Assembly (NCBI GenBank): GCA_013166835.1
Contig: JABLTI010000018.1
Span: 1 to 46,644, forward strand
Reading direction: 5' to 3'
DNA length: 46,644 bases
DNA from: Promethearchaeati archaeon
Lineage (GTDB): Archaea > Asgardarchaeota > Heimdallarchaeia > JABLTI01
The notes beneath the pieces were generated by a model, which had not been told where the DNA came from, made no database searches, and worked only from the letters and a program-made list of their open reading frames with translations. Made by a program: the position numbers and the translations under genes. Positions 27,053-37,019 of the stretch are shown here, piece by piece (position 1 is the stretch's first letter; each line of letters starts with the position of its first letter).

Positions 27053-27242
27053 TGTTATTACTTCCTTAAAATATCTTATAGTGTTTTTTCTTTATATATT
27101 TCTAAGCTAAACAATTCTTGTAAATTTTCACTATAATAAAGTTTTCTCGTATATCATTCTTCGAAGCACAAAAGTCCAGTACCTCAAAAATCTTTTTTAA
27201 GCTATTTTCTCTTAATAAAATTAATTCTGAAGAGATTCAAAG

Positions 27243-28028
27243 TTGAGCGAAAGTACCTTATATAAAAACTGTCCAATTTGCAACACTAATTTAGTAATTA
27301 TGGATGGAATTTATACTATTACTTGTAATGGATGTAAAACAAAGCTAGCTTATGATCTCGAAAATAAAGAATTAGTAAATTTAGGGAAACATGTTAAATT
27401 TCCAAAAGGTAAAATATCTCAAACAACCCCAAGAAAAACACGCGATTACGGGAAAAAGAGAACGTATTTCTTATACTTTTTATTCGGTGTTTGGACTCTA
27501 GGAATAGGATTTATTGTTTACATGTTCAGAAATATAAGAGATTTAGAAAATCATCAATCTGAATACAAAATTGAAATGGGCGCTGAACCAATTTTATCTG
27601 ATGGTGAGATTTTCCCCAATTTCAACAGTATGGCTCGTGATAGATTTTTTTATAGTCCCTGGTATGCTGGAATATTTGGTTTAGTTACCATTGTTTTCGA
27701 TATCTTATCAGCAGCAACTGCTAAATATTCAATGCTGTATTTTCATCTAAAAAATCAAAGTAAAGATACCGCACCTACAAAATCCCCTCATTCTGGCGTG
27801 TATCTTACAGGATTAATTCTATTTCTACTCTCATTACCCACTGCTATACCTTTATTGATTTTAAACATAACATACGGATTCGAAACCTTCTTTTTCCAAA
27901 GCATTTTCTTTTGGGTTTCAGTTGTAATGTTCGGTGCTGGTTTCATTATCATTGTTATTTGTGGAGCATTGTGGCAAAAAGCTTTTAATGATCATTTAGA
28001 TGCAATGAAAAAGATTGATCCAAATTAG
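27243..28028 (+). CDS. Membrane protein, N-terminal Zn ribbon + DUF4234-like region
   Basis: CPIC...CNGC; LFGVWTLGIGFIVYMF...DLENH; further TM helices; WQKAFNDH. Confidence 0.7.
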   Translation: MSESTLYKNCPICNTNLVIMDGIYTITCNGCKTKLAYDLENKELVNLGKHVKFPKGKISQTTPRKTRDYGKKRTYFLYFLFGVWTLGIGFIVYMFRNIRDLENHQSEYKIEMGAEPILSDGEIFPNFNSMARDRFFYSPWYAGIFGLVTIVFDILSAATAKYSMLYFHLKNQSKDTAPTKSPHSGVYLTGLILFLLSLPTAIPLLILNITYGFETFFFQSIFFWVSVVMFGAGFIIIVICGALWQKAFNDHLDAMKKIDPN

Positions 28029-28033
28029 AATCG

Positions 28034-29149
28034 CTAATTACTATCCTTATTGGCTTCTTTATTCTTTTTATCCCAAAAAGTCAGTAATTCACCAAACAGC
28101 TCTTTTTCTTTAGCTGATAATTTCTTTGGTGTTACAACTCTTACAATAACATGCATATCCCCTTTACCAAAACCTTGGAGGTTCGGAAAACCTTTTCCTC
28201 TTAATCTAAAAATAGTGTCACTTTGTGTTCCAGAAGGAATCTTTACTTTAGCTTTTTGTCCTTTCACTAAGGTAGGAACAAGTATAGTGTCACCTAGTGC
28301 TGCTTGAGCGAAATTTATTTTTTGTTCGTAGATTACTTCGTTTCTCTCACGATGGAAATATTTGTGTTTCTTTAATTGAATATCAACATACAAATCCCCT
28401 TGGGGAGCTCCACGAGGACCAGGTTCGCCTTCACCTGATACTCTAAGACGTTGACCATCGTTGATGCCAGCTGGAATTTTTACAGTAATTTTCTTACTTT
28501 TTCCAACCATTCCGCGTCCTTTACATTCTGGACAAGGATGATCAACTATTTCCCCTAATCCCTGACAACTTCTACACGATGTTTCATTAATCATATATCC
28601 AAAAGGAGTTCTTTGTTGTATTCGTTCCACTCCAGATCCATTACAGGTAGTACATCTTTTTGGGCTTGTTCCACTTGCAGCTCGAGAACCTCTACAAACA
28701 TCACAAACTACATTTTTCTTAACATCAACTTTTTTCTCTATACCTGAAGCAGCTTCTTCAAAAGTTACTGGTAACACAATGCGAATACTTCGACCAGATG
28801 ATTGTCGACGAGATCTGGATGAAGTTCCTCCTCCAAAGAAATCACCAAATATGCTACTAAAGATATCTCCAAAACCAAAACCAGCAAAAGGATCTCCACT
28901 TGTTCCTCCAGCTGTTGCTCCTAAACCTCCCCAACCTAATCGATCATAAACAGCTCTTTGATCTGGGTCACTTAAAATCGAATATGCTTCAGCAATTTCC
29001 TTGAAACGCGTTTCCGCTTGTTCATCTCCTGGATTTGCATCAGGATGATTTTTACGAGCTAATTTTCTATAAGCTTTTTTAATTTCATCATCAGTGGCGT
29101 TTCTAGATATTCCTAATACCTCATAAGGATCTTTTTTTGAGCTACTCAT
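28034..29149 (-). CDS. dnaJ: Chaperone DnaJ (type I)
   Basis: J-domain with HPD, G/F region, four CxxCxGxG-type repeats, C-terminal domain. ATG 29149 behind AGGTGG. No dnaK or grpE in the window. Confidence 0.96.
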   Translation of the reverse strand: MSSSKKDPYEVLGISRNATDDEIKKAYRKLARKNHPDANPGDEQAETRFKEIAEAYSILSDPDQRAVYDRLGWGGLGATAGGTSGDPFAGFGFGDIFSSIFGDFFGGGTSSRSRRQSSGRSIRIVLPVTFEEAASGIEKKVDVKKNVVCDVCRGSRAASGTSPKRCTTCNGSGVERIQQRTPFGYMINETSCRSCQGLGEIVDHPCPECKGRGMVGKSKKITVKIPAGINDGQRLRVSGEGEPGPRGAPQGDLYVDIQLKKHKYFHRERNEVIYEQKINFAQAALGDTILVPTLVKGQKAKVKIPSGTQSDTIFRLRGKGFPNLQGFGKGDMHVIVRVVTPKKLSAKEKELFGELLTFWDKKNKEANKDSN

Positions 29150-29453
29150 TGTGACCACCTTGAAATTAATTTAATCTGTTTTTCCTGCTTCTTAAAGTGA
29201 TTAATTTGTGTGATTCAAGCAAGTATAAATAACTTTCACATTTCTGAATCTACTTTCTATTTAAACTACTGATTTTTCTTATATTACTTAGTTTCTATTT
29301 TAGAATAAAATGACTTTGTTCTATTTTTAATTCTTACTAAATTTCGCAAAAGTCAAATTATCTATCATTTCGAATTAGAAGACTATAGAAATTTTAAAAT
29401 AATAAATGAAAATTGAGAACATATATCACAGTTGAAACATTCAATCAGGAGAA

Positions 29454-30719
29454 ATGATGACCTTGGGACAAACAGTTATTGAGAAAATATTTTCAGCTCA
29501 TACAAAAGATGAAGTTGAACCTGGAAATATTATTTGGCTAGATCTAGATGTGCGGAGTGCGAGAGATTTTGCAGGCGCAAATGTTGTTGGTAATTTAAAG
29601 AAAAATTATGGTGATCAAGAGAAATTCGAAGATAAAGAAAAAACAGTTTTTACTTTTGATTGTGTAGTTCCAGCAAATAACTTAGGTTATGCTGAAAATC
29701 AACAAATCATTCGGTTTTTTGCTAGAGAAGAAGGTATTAGAGTTTTTGATTCCGAATGGGGAATCGGTTCACATGTTTTAATAGAGGAAGGTTATAGTGT
29801 CCCAGGTTCTACAGTTGTTGGCACAGATAGTCATCTCAATATAATGGGCAGTGTTGGCTCTTTTGGCCAAGGTATGGGTGATCAAGATATTGCTTTTGGT
29901 ATGAAAGCAGGTAAAACTTGGTTTGAAGTTCCACCTACTATGAAAGTTATTATTGAAGGTGAATTGAAAGCTCCCTGTTCTGCAAAAGATTTAACCTTAG
30001 CAGTTATCAAGAAATTGACTTCAAAAGGTGCTCTTGGGAGAGCTATAGAATTTGAAGGAAAAGCTATTGATAAGCTCTCTTTTGCGGGTAGAATAACATT
30101 GGCTTCAATGGTCACAGAAATGGGCGGAATAGTTGGTTTTATTCCACCGAATCAAGAAATTGTTGATTATTTTAAAGCAAGAGCTAGAAGTGAATTTACT
30201 CCATATTATGCTGATGAAGATGCAAAATATGTTGAAGAAGTTGTAATTGATATTAATGATTTGAAACCACTTATTGCGGTTCCATTTAAACCTGATAATG
30301 TAGTTGAAGTAGAGTCATTAGAAAAAGACAAAATTCATGTGGATTCTGCTTTTCTTGGCAGCTGCACAAATGGTCGTTATGAAGATATGAAAATAGCTGT
30401 TGATATGTTAAAAGGCAAACAAATTGCTGAGCATACTGTCATGAAAATTGTTCCAGCAACAAGAACCGTACTTGGTGATATGATTAAGAATGGTGACCTA
30501 CAAACTTTATTCGATGCAAGAGCACTTGTAAGTAATCCGGGTTGTGCTGGATGTGCTTCTGGTCAAATTGGAATGACTGGAACAGGTGAAGTGCAAGTTT
30601 CAACAGGTAACCGGAATTTCAAAGGAAAACAAGGAGCTGGTTTAACCTATCTGTGTAGTCCTGCAACTGCAACTGCTGCTGCCCTTGCCGGCAAGATTAT
30701 CAGCCCAGAAAATCTTTGA
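29454..30719 (+). CDS. LeuC/HacA-family dehydratase large subunit (divergent active site)
   Basis: GQT..EKI, GTDSH, GSCTNGR, PGCAGC (three Fe-S Cys), STGNRNFKG. Confidence 0.9.
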   Translation: MMTLGQTVIEKIFSAHTKDEVEPGNIIWLDLDVRSARDFAGANVVGNLKKNYGDQEKFEDKEKTVFTFDCVVPANNLGYAENQQIIRFFAREEGIRVFDSEWGIGSHVLIEEGYSVPGSTVVGTDSHLNIMGSVGSFGQGMGDQDIAFGMKAGKTWFEVPPTMKVIIEGELKAPCSAKDLTLAVIKKLTSKGALGRAIEFEGKAIDKLSFAGRITLASMVTEMGGIVGFIPPNQEIVDYFKARARSEFTPYYADEDAKYVEEVVIDINDLKPLIAVPFKPDNVVEVESLEKDKIHVDSAFLGSCTNGRYEDMKIAVDMLKGKQIAEHTVMKIVPATRTVLGDMIKNGDLQTLFDARALVSNPGCAGCASGQIGMTGTGEVQVSTGNRNFKGKQGAGLTYLCSPATATAAALAGKIISPENL

Positions 30720-30735
30720 TTTGGAGGAGAAATAA

Positions 30736-31269
30736 ATGAAGAAATCTGTAATTCTAAAAGGTAGAGCATTAGTAATAAGAAATGAGAAAATCGAACCTAT
30801 TGATGACATTGATACTGATATGATTTTTCACAATAAGTATCTCCACATTACTGATATCAACGAAATGGGTCAGTATGCGTTTGATAATCTTGATGGATGG
30901 AAGGATTTTGCTAAGAAAGCAAAGAAAGGAGATATTTTAATTCTAGGTGCAAATTTTGGCTCTGGTTCATCAAGGCAACAAGCAGTAGATTGCTTTTCTG
31001 CACTTGGTGTTCAAGTGCTAATTGCCAAATCATATGGTGCAATTTACAAACGTAATGCAATAAATGCTGGTATGCCAATATTACAAGCTGATGTGATTGA
31101 TGAGATCAAATTTATCGAAAATGAAGATGAAATCGAAGTTAATCTCGAAACAGGTTTGATAAAAAATCTCACGAAAAATAAAGAATACAAAGCTAATGGC
31201 ATGTCAAACGTACAAATAGATATCTATCATTCAGGAAACCTGTTTGAGTACGCGAAAAATTTGAAATAA
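30736..31269 (+). CDS. LeuD/HacB-family dehydratase small subunit
   Basis: DIDTDMI, NFGSGSSR, IYKRNAINAG; GGAGG SD; 16 bp after the large subunit. Confidence 0.9.
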   Translation: MKKSVILKGRALVIRNEKIEPIDDIDTDMIFHNKYLHITDINEMGQYAFDNLDGWKDFAKKAKKGDILILGANFGSGSSRQQAVDCFSALGVQVLIAKSYGAIYKRNAINAGMPILQADVIDEIKFIENEDEIEVNLETGLIKNLTKNKEYKANGMSNVQIDIYHSGNLFEYAKNLK

Positions 31270-31356
31270 CTTTTTCGAAAAAATGTCCGCTTCAACAAAA
31301 AAGAAATAGTACTAGTAATAGATGTTTATTAAATGGAAAAATATGGTGTTTGAATT

Positions 31357-31692
31357 TTGTCTGATTTAGAGAAAAAACTACAATTAATAGAAGATAGAAT
31401 GAAAGAACATCTTTCTTCTGATAAAGATGCAAAATTATTGCGAACACTTATGGAGACGTTAATCGATATAAGAGAAGCTTTTGAGGAATTTAATCGCTTC
31501 TTCAAAATTGATATTAATTTAGAAGAACTTGAAGCCTTCCAGCCAAAAGAAATCGAATATTCAGGAGAATGGACGGATTCTTTGGTGAAAATTTGCGAAG
31601 TTTTAATAGATCTGTATAAAAGAATCGATAAAAAAGATCTTGCAGAAAAATGGCAGAAAAAGCTTGTTGAATTAAAGGACTTTTCTGTCTGA
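31357..31692 (+). CDS. Hypothetical helical protein
   Basis: 111-aa ORF, TTG with GGTG upstream, charged helical composition. Confidence 0.65.
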   Translation: MSDLEKKLQLIEDRMKEHLSSDKDAKLLRTLMETLIDIREAFEEFNRFFKIDINLEELEAFQPKEIEYSGEWTDSLVKICEVLIDLYKRIDKKDLAEKWQKKLVELKDFSV

Positions 31693-31721
31693 TTTTACTT
31701 TTTTCAAAACGTAATCAAAGA

Positions 31722-32177
31722 TTAAGATGATTCTTTGTCATCAAGGGTACTTGAGAAAATTACTTCTTCTTTTTCACTTGTCATTTTTTGCTGTTCATCA
31801 TCTAATTGTTGTTCTTCTTCAGTTTCTTTTGGTTTCTTTATCCAACCGAAATAAAAACCTAAACCGAGAAAAACTAAGGCGATAATTAATAGAGCAGCTA
31901 GTAATCCAGGACTATAAATAAGCAATTCTTGATCTATTATGTTATACTTAAAAGGTGGTAGAAAAACAAAAGCTCCTGCCATTAAGTAACTTAAAACGGC
32001 TGCAAACATAATGAAGAAAGCAATTCCCCATCTATTCATATTTATTTTCAAGTCAATTTCTTCATCTGTTTTCTTCTCTTCAATTATTGGTTGGGGTGGG
32101 GTATCAGTATCCCCATTTTCTTTTATTTCATCAGATGACATTTCTTTTAAACCAATTTGATTTTCTTGCTTACACAT
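31722..32177 (-). CDS. Hypothetical 2-TM membrane protein with acidic termini
   Basis: Two hydrophobic segments; start uncertain (32177 or 32141). Confidence 0.7.
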   Translation of the reverse strand: MCKQENQIGLKEMSSDEIKENGDTDTPPQPIIEEKKTDEEIDLKINMNRWGIAFFIMFAAVLSYLMAGAFVFLPPFKYNIIDQELLIYSPGLLAALLIIALVFLGLGFYFGWIKKPKETEEEQQLDDEQQKMTSEKEEVIFSSTLDDKESS

Positions 32178-32273
32178 AAATAATTCCTTTATTAAATCTT
32201 ATATGAATTCTTTGAAAAGATATATTTTATATTTCGTCCAAGAATTAATAACGTAAAATACGAGTGTGCTAGA

Positions 32274-32960
32274 GTGATTAAAAAGAATATATTCCAGAAA
32301 AAATTAATCAGAATAATTGAAGATAAATACACTAACTGGGAACAAAAAGCTTCCTTAGTCGAAAAGATAATCACAGAAGAAGAAAATGGCGAGGAATTAT
32401 TCAAAGACCTAATTATAACTCATAATAAATCAAAAATTCGCAAAGGAGCAGCTTCAATTCTTGGTTATATGAAGAACTTTGAGATGCCAAAAGAACTAAT
32501 TTCAAGGATAATAGAAGAGAATGATTGGACTGTGAGATATGCACTCTCAAAGTCTTGTGTAAAACATATGAGAAAAGAAGCCATAGATAGATTACTTTCT
32601 GTATTTAATGAACAAGTAAATACTGCAGAGATGGCATCTAAACATAATCTTAAGCTAATCTTTGCTGAGAGTCTTGGCTATATGGAGATAAAAGAAGCTG
32701 AACCAATACTTACTGCTATGCTTCGTGATATTGGTAAAAATAGAGATCCGGAATCAATTGAATTAATCATTCAAATCCTTTATTCTTTAGGTGAAGTGGG
32801 AGACAAATCAACAGTGGAGCTATTAATCCATTATTCTGCAAATAATGTCTATATGACTGAAGGAATAAGAAATAGTGCAAAGCACGCAATTGATAAAATA
32901 GCAAAAAGATTGAAATTTTCATCTAAAAAAGATTTATTAGAAGCAATCAATAAAGAGTAA
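32274..32960 (+). CDS. HEAT-repeat protein
   Basis: IRKGAASILG, VRYALSKS, FAESLGYM, ILYSLGEVGDKSTVELL, IRNSAKHAI. Confidence 0.8.
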   Translation: MIKKNIFQKKLIRIIEDKYTNWEQKASLVEKIITEEENGEELFKDLIITHNKSKIRKGAASILGYMKNFEMPKELISRIIEENDWTVRYALSKSCVKHMRKEAIDRLLSVFNEQVNTAEMASKHNLKLIFAESLGYMEIKEAEPILTAMLRDIGKNRDPESIELIIQILYSLGEVGDKSTVELLIHYSANNVYMTEGIRNSAKHAIDKIAKRLKFSSKKDLLEAINKE

Positions 32961-33076
32961 AAACCTTATAAAATTCAATGAGCAGACTTATTAAGACCTT
33001 AAATTTGTTAGAAAAATATCCTCTGAATATTCGAGGTCTCTATTCCTAAATATTATAACTATACTGAGGGAAATAA

Positions 33077-34438
33077 TTGGCTGTAAACAGTGTTTTACTG
33101 AAAGTTCGAATAAAATTATTCATTTCAGGAATTTTATTCTTCTTATTGAATTTCTTTCATATAGCAATAGCAAGTACTTCCAAGATAAATTTTGAAGATA
33201 AAGGATTCTTCGAATTTATTAAGTTCTTTTCAAGTTTTGAAAGATGGAGGATTTTATTTGCTCTTGGATTATTTATTTTTCAGATTATTTTTTCATATTT
33301 TATAATGCTTAGAAAATTTAGAAAAGCTGAGCTTGCACGAATTGATGAAACAGGATTAGTCGGAAATAATTATGAAAAAATTCTAAAAAACTTAAGGATC
33401 AATCCTCAAGAAATTTACAAGTGGGTACATGAACAAGCTGAAGCTCACAATATTAAATCTATAAAACGAATCTACTTAACAGATACTAGTATTCCAAATG
33501 CAATGACTTTAGATGTCGTTCCTTTGCCTTTTATTAGAAGCAGCTGGATTGTCTTAGACGCGAATGTTCTCGAAATCTTGGATGAACGTGAAACAAAAGC
33601 AGTTATAGCTCATGAATTAGGACATGTGAAGCGTTTAGATGGAATTGTTAACATCTTTAGATATGGAATAAATTTCTATGCTTTCCTAGCATACTTGATT
33701 ATACTATTAGAAATGATTCGATTAATTATCGCTGATATTCCTGTTGTTGCTCTGAATATTCTCATAAGGGTAGGATTTCTTTTGCTACTTATCATAGTAA
33801 TATGGGTATTTACTCTTCTAAATCGACTACTTCTAAATTATTCCCGAAGGCAATCAGAGTTAATGGCTGACTATTATGCTGCTCAAAGAATTGGCAGAAA
33901 TCATATCATAAATGCTCTCGTTTTATTAGGTCAAAGATTAGATGTTATCTCTGCTTTTGGAACAGAATTTAGATTTCTGCAAGGATTAAAGGATTTGCCA
34001 CCAGAAGAATTATCAAAAGAAATCTCTCGAGAAAAAGCTGTTCACATCTATGTGCAACAAAGATTGAAAAACTTGAAAGAGGAACTCTATGTTCCATTAA
34101 CAGATGAACAAATTAAGGATCTAACAGTAAAAGCTAGTAAAAAACTACTATCTTTAAGAGAAGAGCAACTTGAAACAGGATTAATGAAGGATAGGAAAAT
34201 AGCTTCTGAGCTAAGTAAATTAACAATTGATTGGTTTCTCATTGATAAGGACAAAGACCTCTACCTTAAAGATGAAGAAATAGATAATTTAGTAAAAGAG
34301 ATTATTGGAAATCCCAATAAAGAATTATTCGAACATGATTTATATCCAAGAAGAGCCCTATTGGTTAGAGATCATCCTTCAATGAAAGACCGGATAATTT
34401 TCCTATATTATGCTTTTCCAAAGGATACTTCTTCTTAG
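33077..34438 (+). CDS. M48/HtpX-family membrane zinc metalloprotease with C-terminal insertion
   Basis: PNAM, AVIAHELGH (HExxH), SRRQSELMAD, C-terminal HPSMKDRI, four TM segments. Confidence 0.9.
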   Translation: MAVNSVLLKVRIKLFISGILFFLLNFFHIAIASTSKINFEDKGFFEFIKFFSSFERWRILFALGLFIFQIIFSYFIMLRKFRKAELARIDETGLVGNNYEKILKNLRINPQEIYKWVHEQAEAHNIKSIKRIYLTDTSIPNAMTLDVVPLPFIRSSWIVLDANVLEILDERETKAVIAHELGHVKRLDGIVNIFRYGINFYAFLAYLIILLEMIRLIIADIPVVALNILIRVGFLLLLIIVIWVFTLLNRLLLNYSRRQSELMADYYAAQRIGRNHIINALVLLGQRLDVISAFGTEFRFLQGLKDLPPEELSKEISREKAVHIYVQQRLKNLKEELYVPLTDEQIKDLTVKASKKLLSLREEQLETGLMKDRKIASELSKLTIDWFLIDKDKDLYLKDEEIDNLVKEIIGNPNKELFEHDLYPRRALLVRDHPSMKDRIIFLYYAFPKDTSS

Positions 34439-34560
34439 TGTTTTTTTCTTGGAATACTTTCAGTTTACTCTTTACATTTTCATTAAATATTATCTACTGG
34501 ATATTTAGTTTGGGATTAATGACTTGAAAGCAAGAGATGCTTTTTTGGAAGTTAATTAAA

Positions 34561-34827
34561 ATGGCTAGCAAAACGCAACAGAAAAGCTTTGAATTATCAG
34601 AGGTTTCCCTTAAAACTGTAAAGGAAATAGATACTTATTGTACTGATTGCCTATATGATTGGTGTTCGAAAAGGAATAAAGTGATTTTTTGCACAATGAA
34701 ATCCAAGGGATTATTTGAGTGTAGATCCTGCATATTGAAAATGCTAGGAACATATGAGAGAGAATATGTTGGTTCAAGCACTAAACCATTGAGAAACACA
34801 AAAGATCAGATTTTGACAACCAACTAA
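34561..34827 (+). CDS. Small Cys-rich protein
   Basis: CTDC...C...C...CRSC in 88 aa; ATG 34561 preferred. Confidence 0.6.
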   Translation: MASKTQQKSFELSEVSLKTVKEIDTYCTDCLYDWCSKRNKVIFCTMKSKGLFECRSCILKMLGTYEREYVGSSTKPLRNTKDQILTTN

Positions 34828-34957
34828 TTCTCTTTGTTCATATGCAATTTTATTTCAATCATAATTTTTTTCACCGACAAAACTTTTTGCCGTTTTCCAA
34901 ATGGTTTTAAAATTGGCTCCCACAATAAACTAAGAGAATTATTCGCGGAGATCACCC

Positions 34958-35383
34958 TTGGAAATATCTGTTCAGCTTTACTATTGGCACGAAGTAATGG
35001 GACCCTTGCTATTGTACTCAAATGGTCTATTGGAAATAAGTGAAGAAGATTTAATGATGCTCTTCAGTACTATTGAGCCTTATTCTTGTACACCAGAATC
35101 ATCAATCTTAGGACCAAAGTACTACAACAAACAAATTGTAATGACTTATAATAGGAGTATTTGTGATCCTGATGCCAATGATGAACGATTAAGACTTATG
35201 GGAACTGATGTTTGGTGTTTAATCTCTTGTAAAGAAGAATTCGAGCTAGTTTTGTTGAGTATAATAGAGATTGTAAAAATAATTCTCGATATTGAATTTG
35301 AATCAATAGAAGAAATTAGTCAACTAGATGCTGCATTAGGTGAGAGAGCAACTCAAGCAATAAAAGCTGTTTATTCCAGATAG
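34958..35383 (+). CDS. Stand-alone uDENN/longin-like protein
   Basis: N-terminal LYYWHEVMGPLL (resembles the F-D-x-x-x-G-P start of uDENN/longin domains), strand pattern Y.RSI.D....D.R...G...WCLI, C-terminal helix; GGAG SD. Confidence 0.6.
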   Translation: MEISVQLYYWHEVMGPLLLYSNGLLEISEEDLMMLFSTIEPYSCTPESSILGPKYYNKQIVMTYNRSICDPDANDERLRLMGTDVWCLISCKEEFELVLLSIIEIVKIILDIEFESIEEISQLDAALGERATQAIKAVYSR

Positions 35384-35591
35384 TTGTTCAAACTTGATTT
35401 TAACTTGTAACAAGAGTAATCAAAATTAATATAATATTCAAATTTATTTTAATGAATTACAGAAAGATAGTCAATTATATATGAAAATATTTTTGACTTG
35501 AAGTTGCTGATCTTTAATTTCTAAAGTTAAGAAGAATAATGATCAGTAAATAATTCAAAAGAAATCTTTATTGAAAGATTCGGTGAGAAAT

Positions 35592-37019
35592 TTGTTTGAT
35601 ATACTTCGATATGGACTTGATGTTGGCGAAAAACTTGGTGCTGACAATATCGAAGCACGTTATGATGATTTACAGCTACGAACACTAGTCAAAGAAAACC
35701 AAAAAATCAAAGAAACTAATATTAATCGACGTAGTGGACTCGGTGTTACTGCTTATTACAAAGGTGTTTCTGGATTTTCTTATACTGCAAATCTAGAGAA
35801 AAAAGCTGTAAAAGAATGTGTTGAAAGTGCATTCGGTATTGCAAAAGCATCCTCAAGTATAGCCAAACTAAAACTTGATATTGAGAAAAGAGAAAAACTG
35901 TCCAAGGTTCATGATCTAAAATTACCGGTGAAAAAACATCCTAAGGATTTTGATCTAGGGTACAAAATAGATTTAATGAATCGCATTGAAACAGCTGCTT
36001 TGGCTGATGTTGATTGGATTAAATCTTCAATGGCATTATATGGTGAATTTTACGGTAGTAAATACTTTATGAATTCGGACGGTGATGAAATATCTTGGGA
36101 ACCTTTAGTAATTGATTTAAGAGTAAGACTAACAGCTCCTGCAACAACTGGCGATTCACTTGTAAGAGGTGTAAATGGTCTTGGTGGATCTAAAGGGTTA
36201 GAACTTTTTGACAAAAAAGAAAATACCCCTGAATTCTTGGGTAAGAAAACTCTAGAGTGGGCGAAAGAGCAAAGAGATGCAAAAGCTGCCCCAGCAGGCA
36301 AATTTAGAGCTTTATGTGATCATCGTCTAAGTGGTGTCTTAGCACATGAATCCTTTGGACATTGCACTGAAGCTGATGCAGTTCTTACAAATAGTTCTGT
36401 TCTCAAAGGACAACTCGGTAAAAAAATCGGTACAGATATTGTTACTATTTATGATGAAGGAACCCCCGATCAGCAATACAATGGATTCTGGTTGCCTTTT
36501 GATGACGAAGGCACACCCACTACAAAAACCGTTCTTGTTGAAAATGGTTTTTTGAAAGGATATCTTCACAATCGAGCTACTGCAAAATACTTGAATGGCG
36601 ATCTCACAGGGAATGCGAGAGCAATACACTATCGCTTTAATCCGATACCAAGAATGAAAAACACTTACTTCAAACCTGGAGATCTTACTGAGGAAGAAGC
36701 AATTGAACAACTCAAAGAAGGAATTTATGCTATACAAACTTCAGGTGGACAAGTTAATCCCTCTCAAGGTACATTCCTGTTTAAAGCTGTTCGAGGATAC
36801 TGGGTTGAAAATGGTGAAATTAAATATCCCATTAAGGATGTTACAATAAAAGGGGAACTACTAGCCCTTTTGAATAATGTTGAAGGATTAACCAATGAAC
36901 TTCAGATAAGTTCTGGTTATTTTGGTGGTTGTGGAAAAGATCAACAATTTCCATTACCAACTGGTCTTGGATCTCCAATGATTCTATTCTCAGAAGCAAT
37001 GTTTGGAGGAGAACAATAA
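35592..37019 (+). CDS. tldD: TldD metalloprotease
   Basis: LAHESFGHCTEAD (HExxxH), FDDEG, TGNARA, PIPRMKNT, GGCGK. TTG 35592 behind GGTGA. Confidence 0.93.
   Translation: MFDILRYGLDVGEKLGADNIEARYDDLQLRTLVKENQKIKETNINRRSGLGVTAYYKGVSGFSYTANLEKKAVKECVESAFGIAKASSSIAKLKLDIEKREKLSKVHDLKLPVKKHPKDFDLGYKIDLMNRIETAALADVDWIKSSMALYGEFYGSKYFMNSDGDEISWEPLVIDLRVRLTAPATTGDSLVRGVNGLGGSKGLELFDKKENTPEFLGKKTLEWAKEQRDAKAAPAGKFRALCDHRLSGVLAHESFGHCTEADAVLTNSSVLKGQLGKKIGTDIVTIYDEGTPDQQYNGFWLPFDDEGTPTTKTVLVENGFLKGYLHNRATAKYLNGDLTGNARAIHYRFNPIPRMKNTYFKPGDLTEEEAIEQLKEGIYAIQTSGGQVNPSQGTFLFKAVRGYWVENGEIKYPIKDVTIKGELLALLNNVEGLTNELQISSGYFGGCGKDQQFPLPTGLGSPMILFSEAMFGGEQ

Noticed and set aside
30717-30738. TGA read-through or selenocysteine fusion of the LeuC- and LeuD-like genes (and other TGA-ending genes)
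   Set aside because: The small subunit is in a different frame with its own GGAGG SD; TGA-ending genes of recognisable families appear complete.
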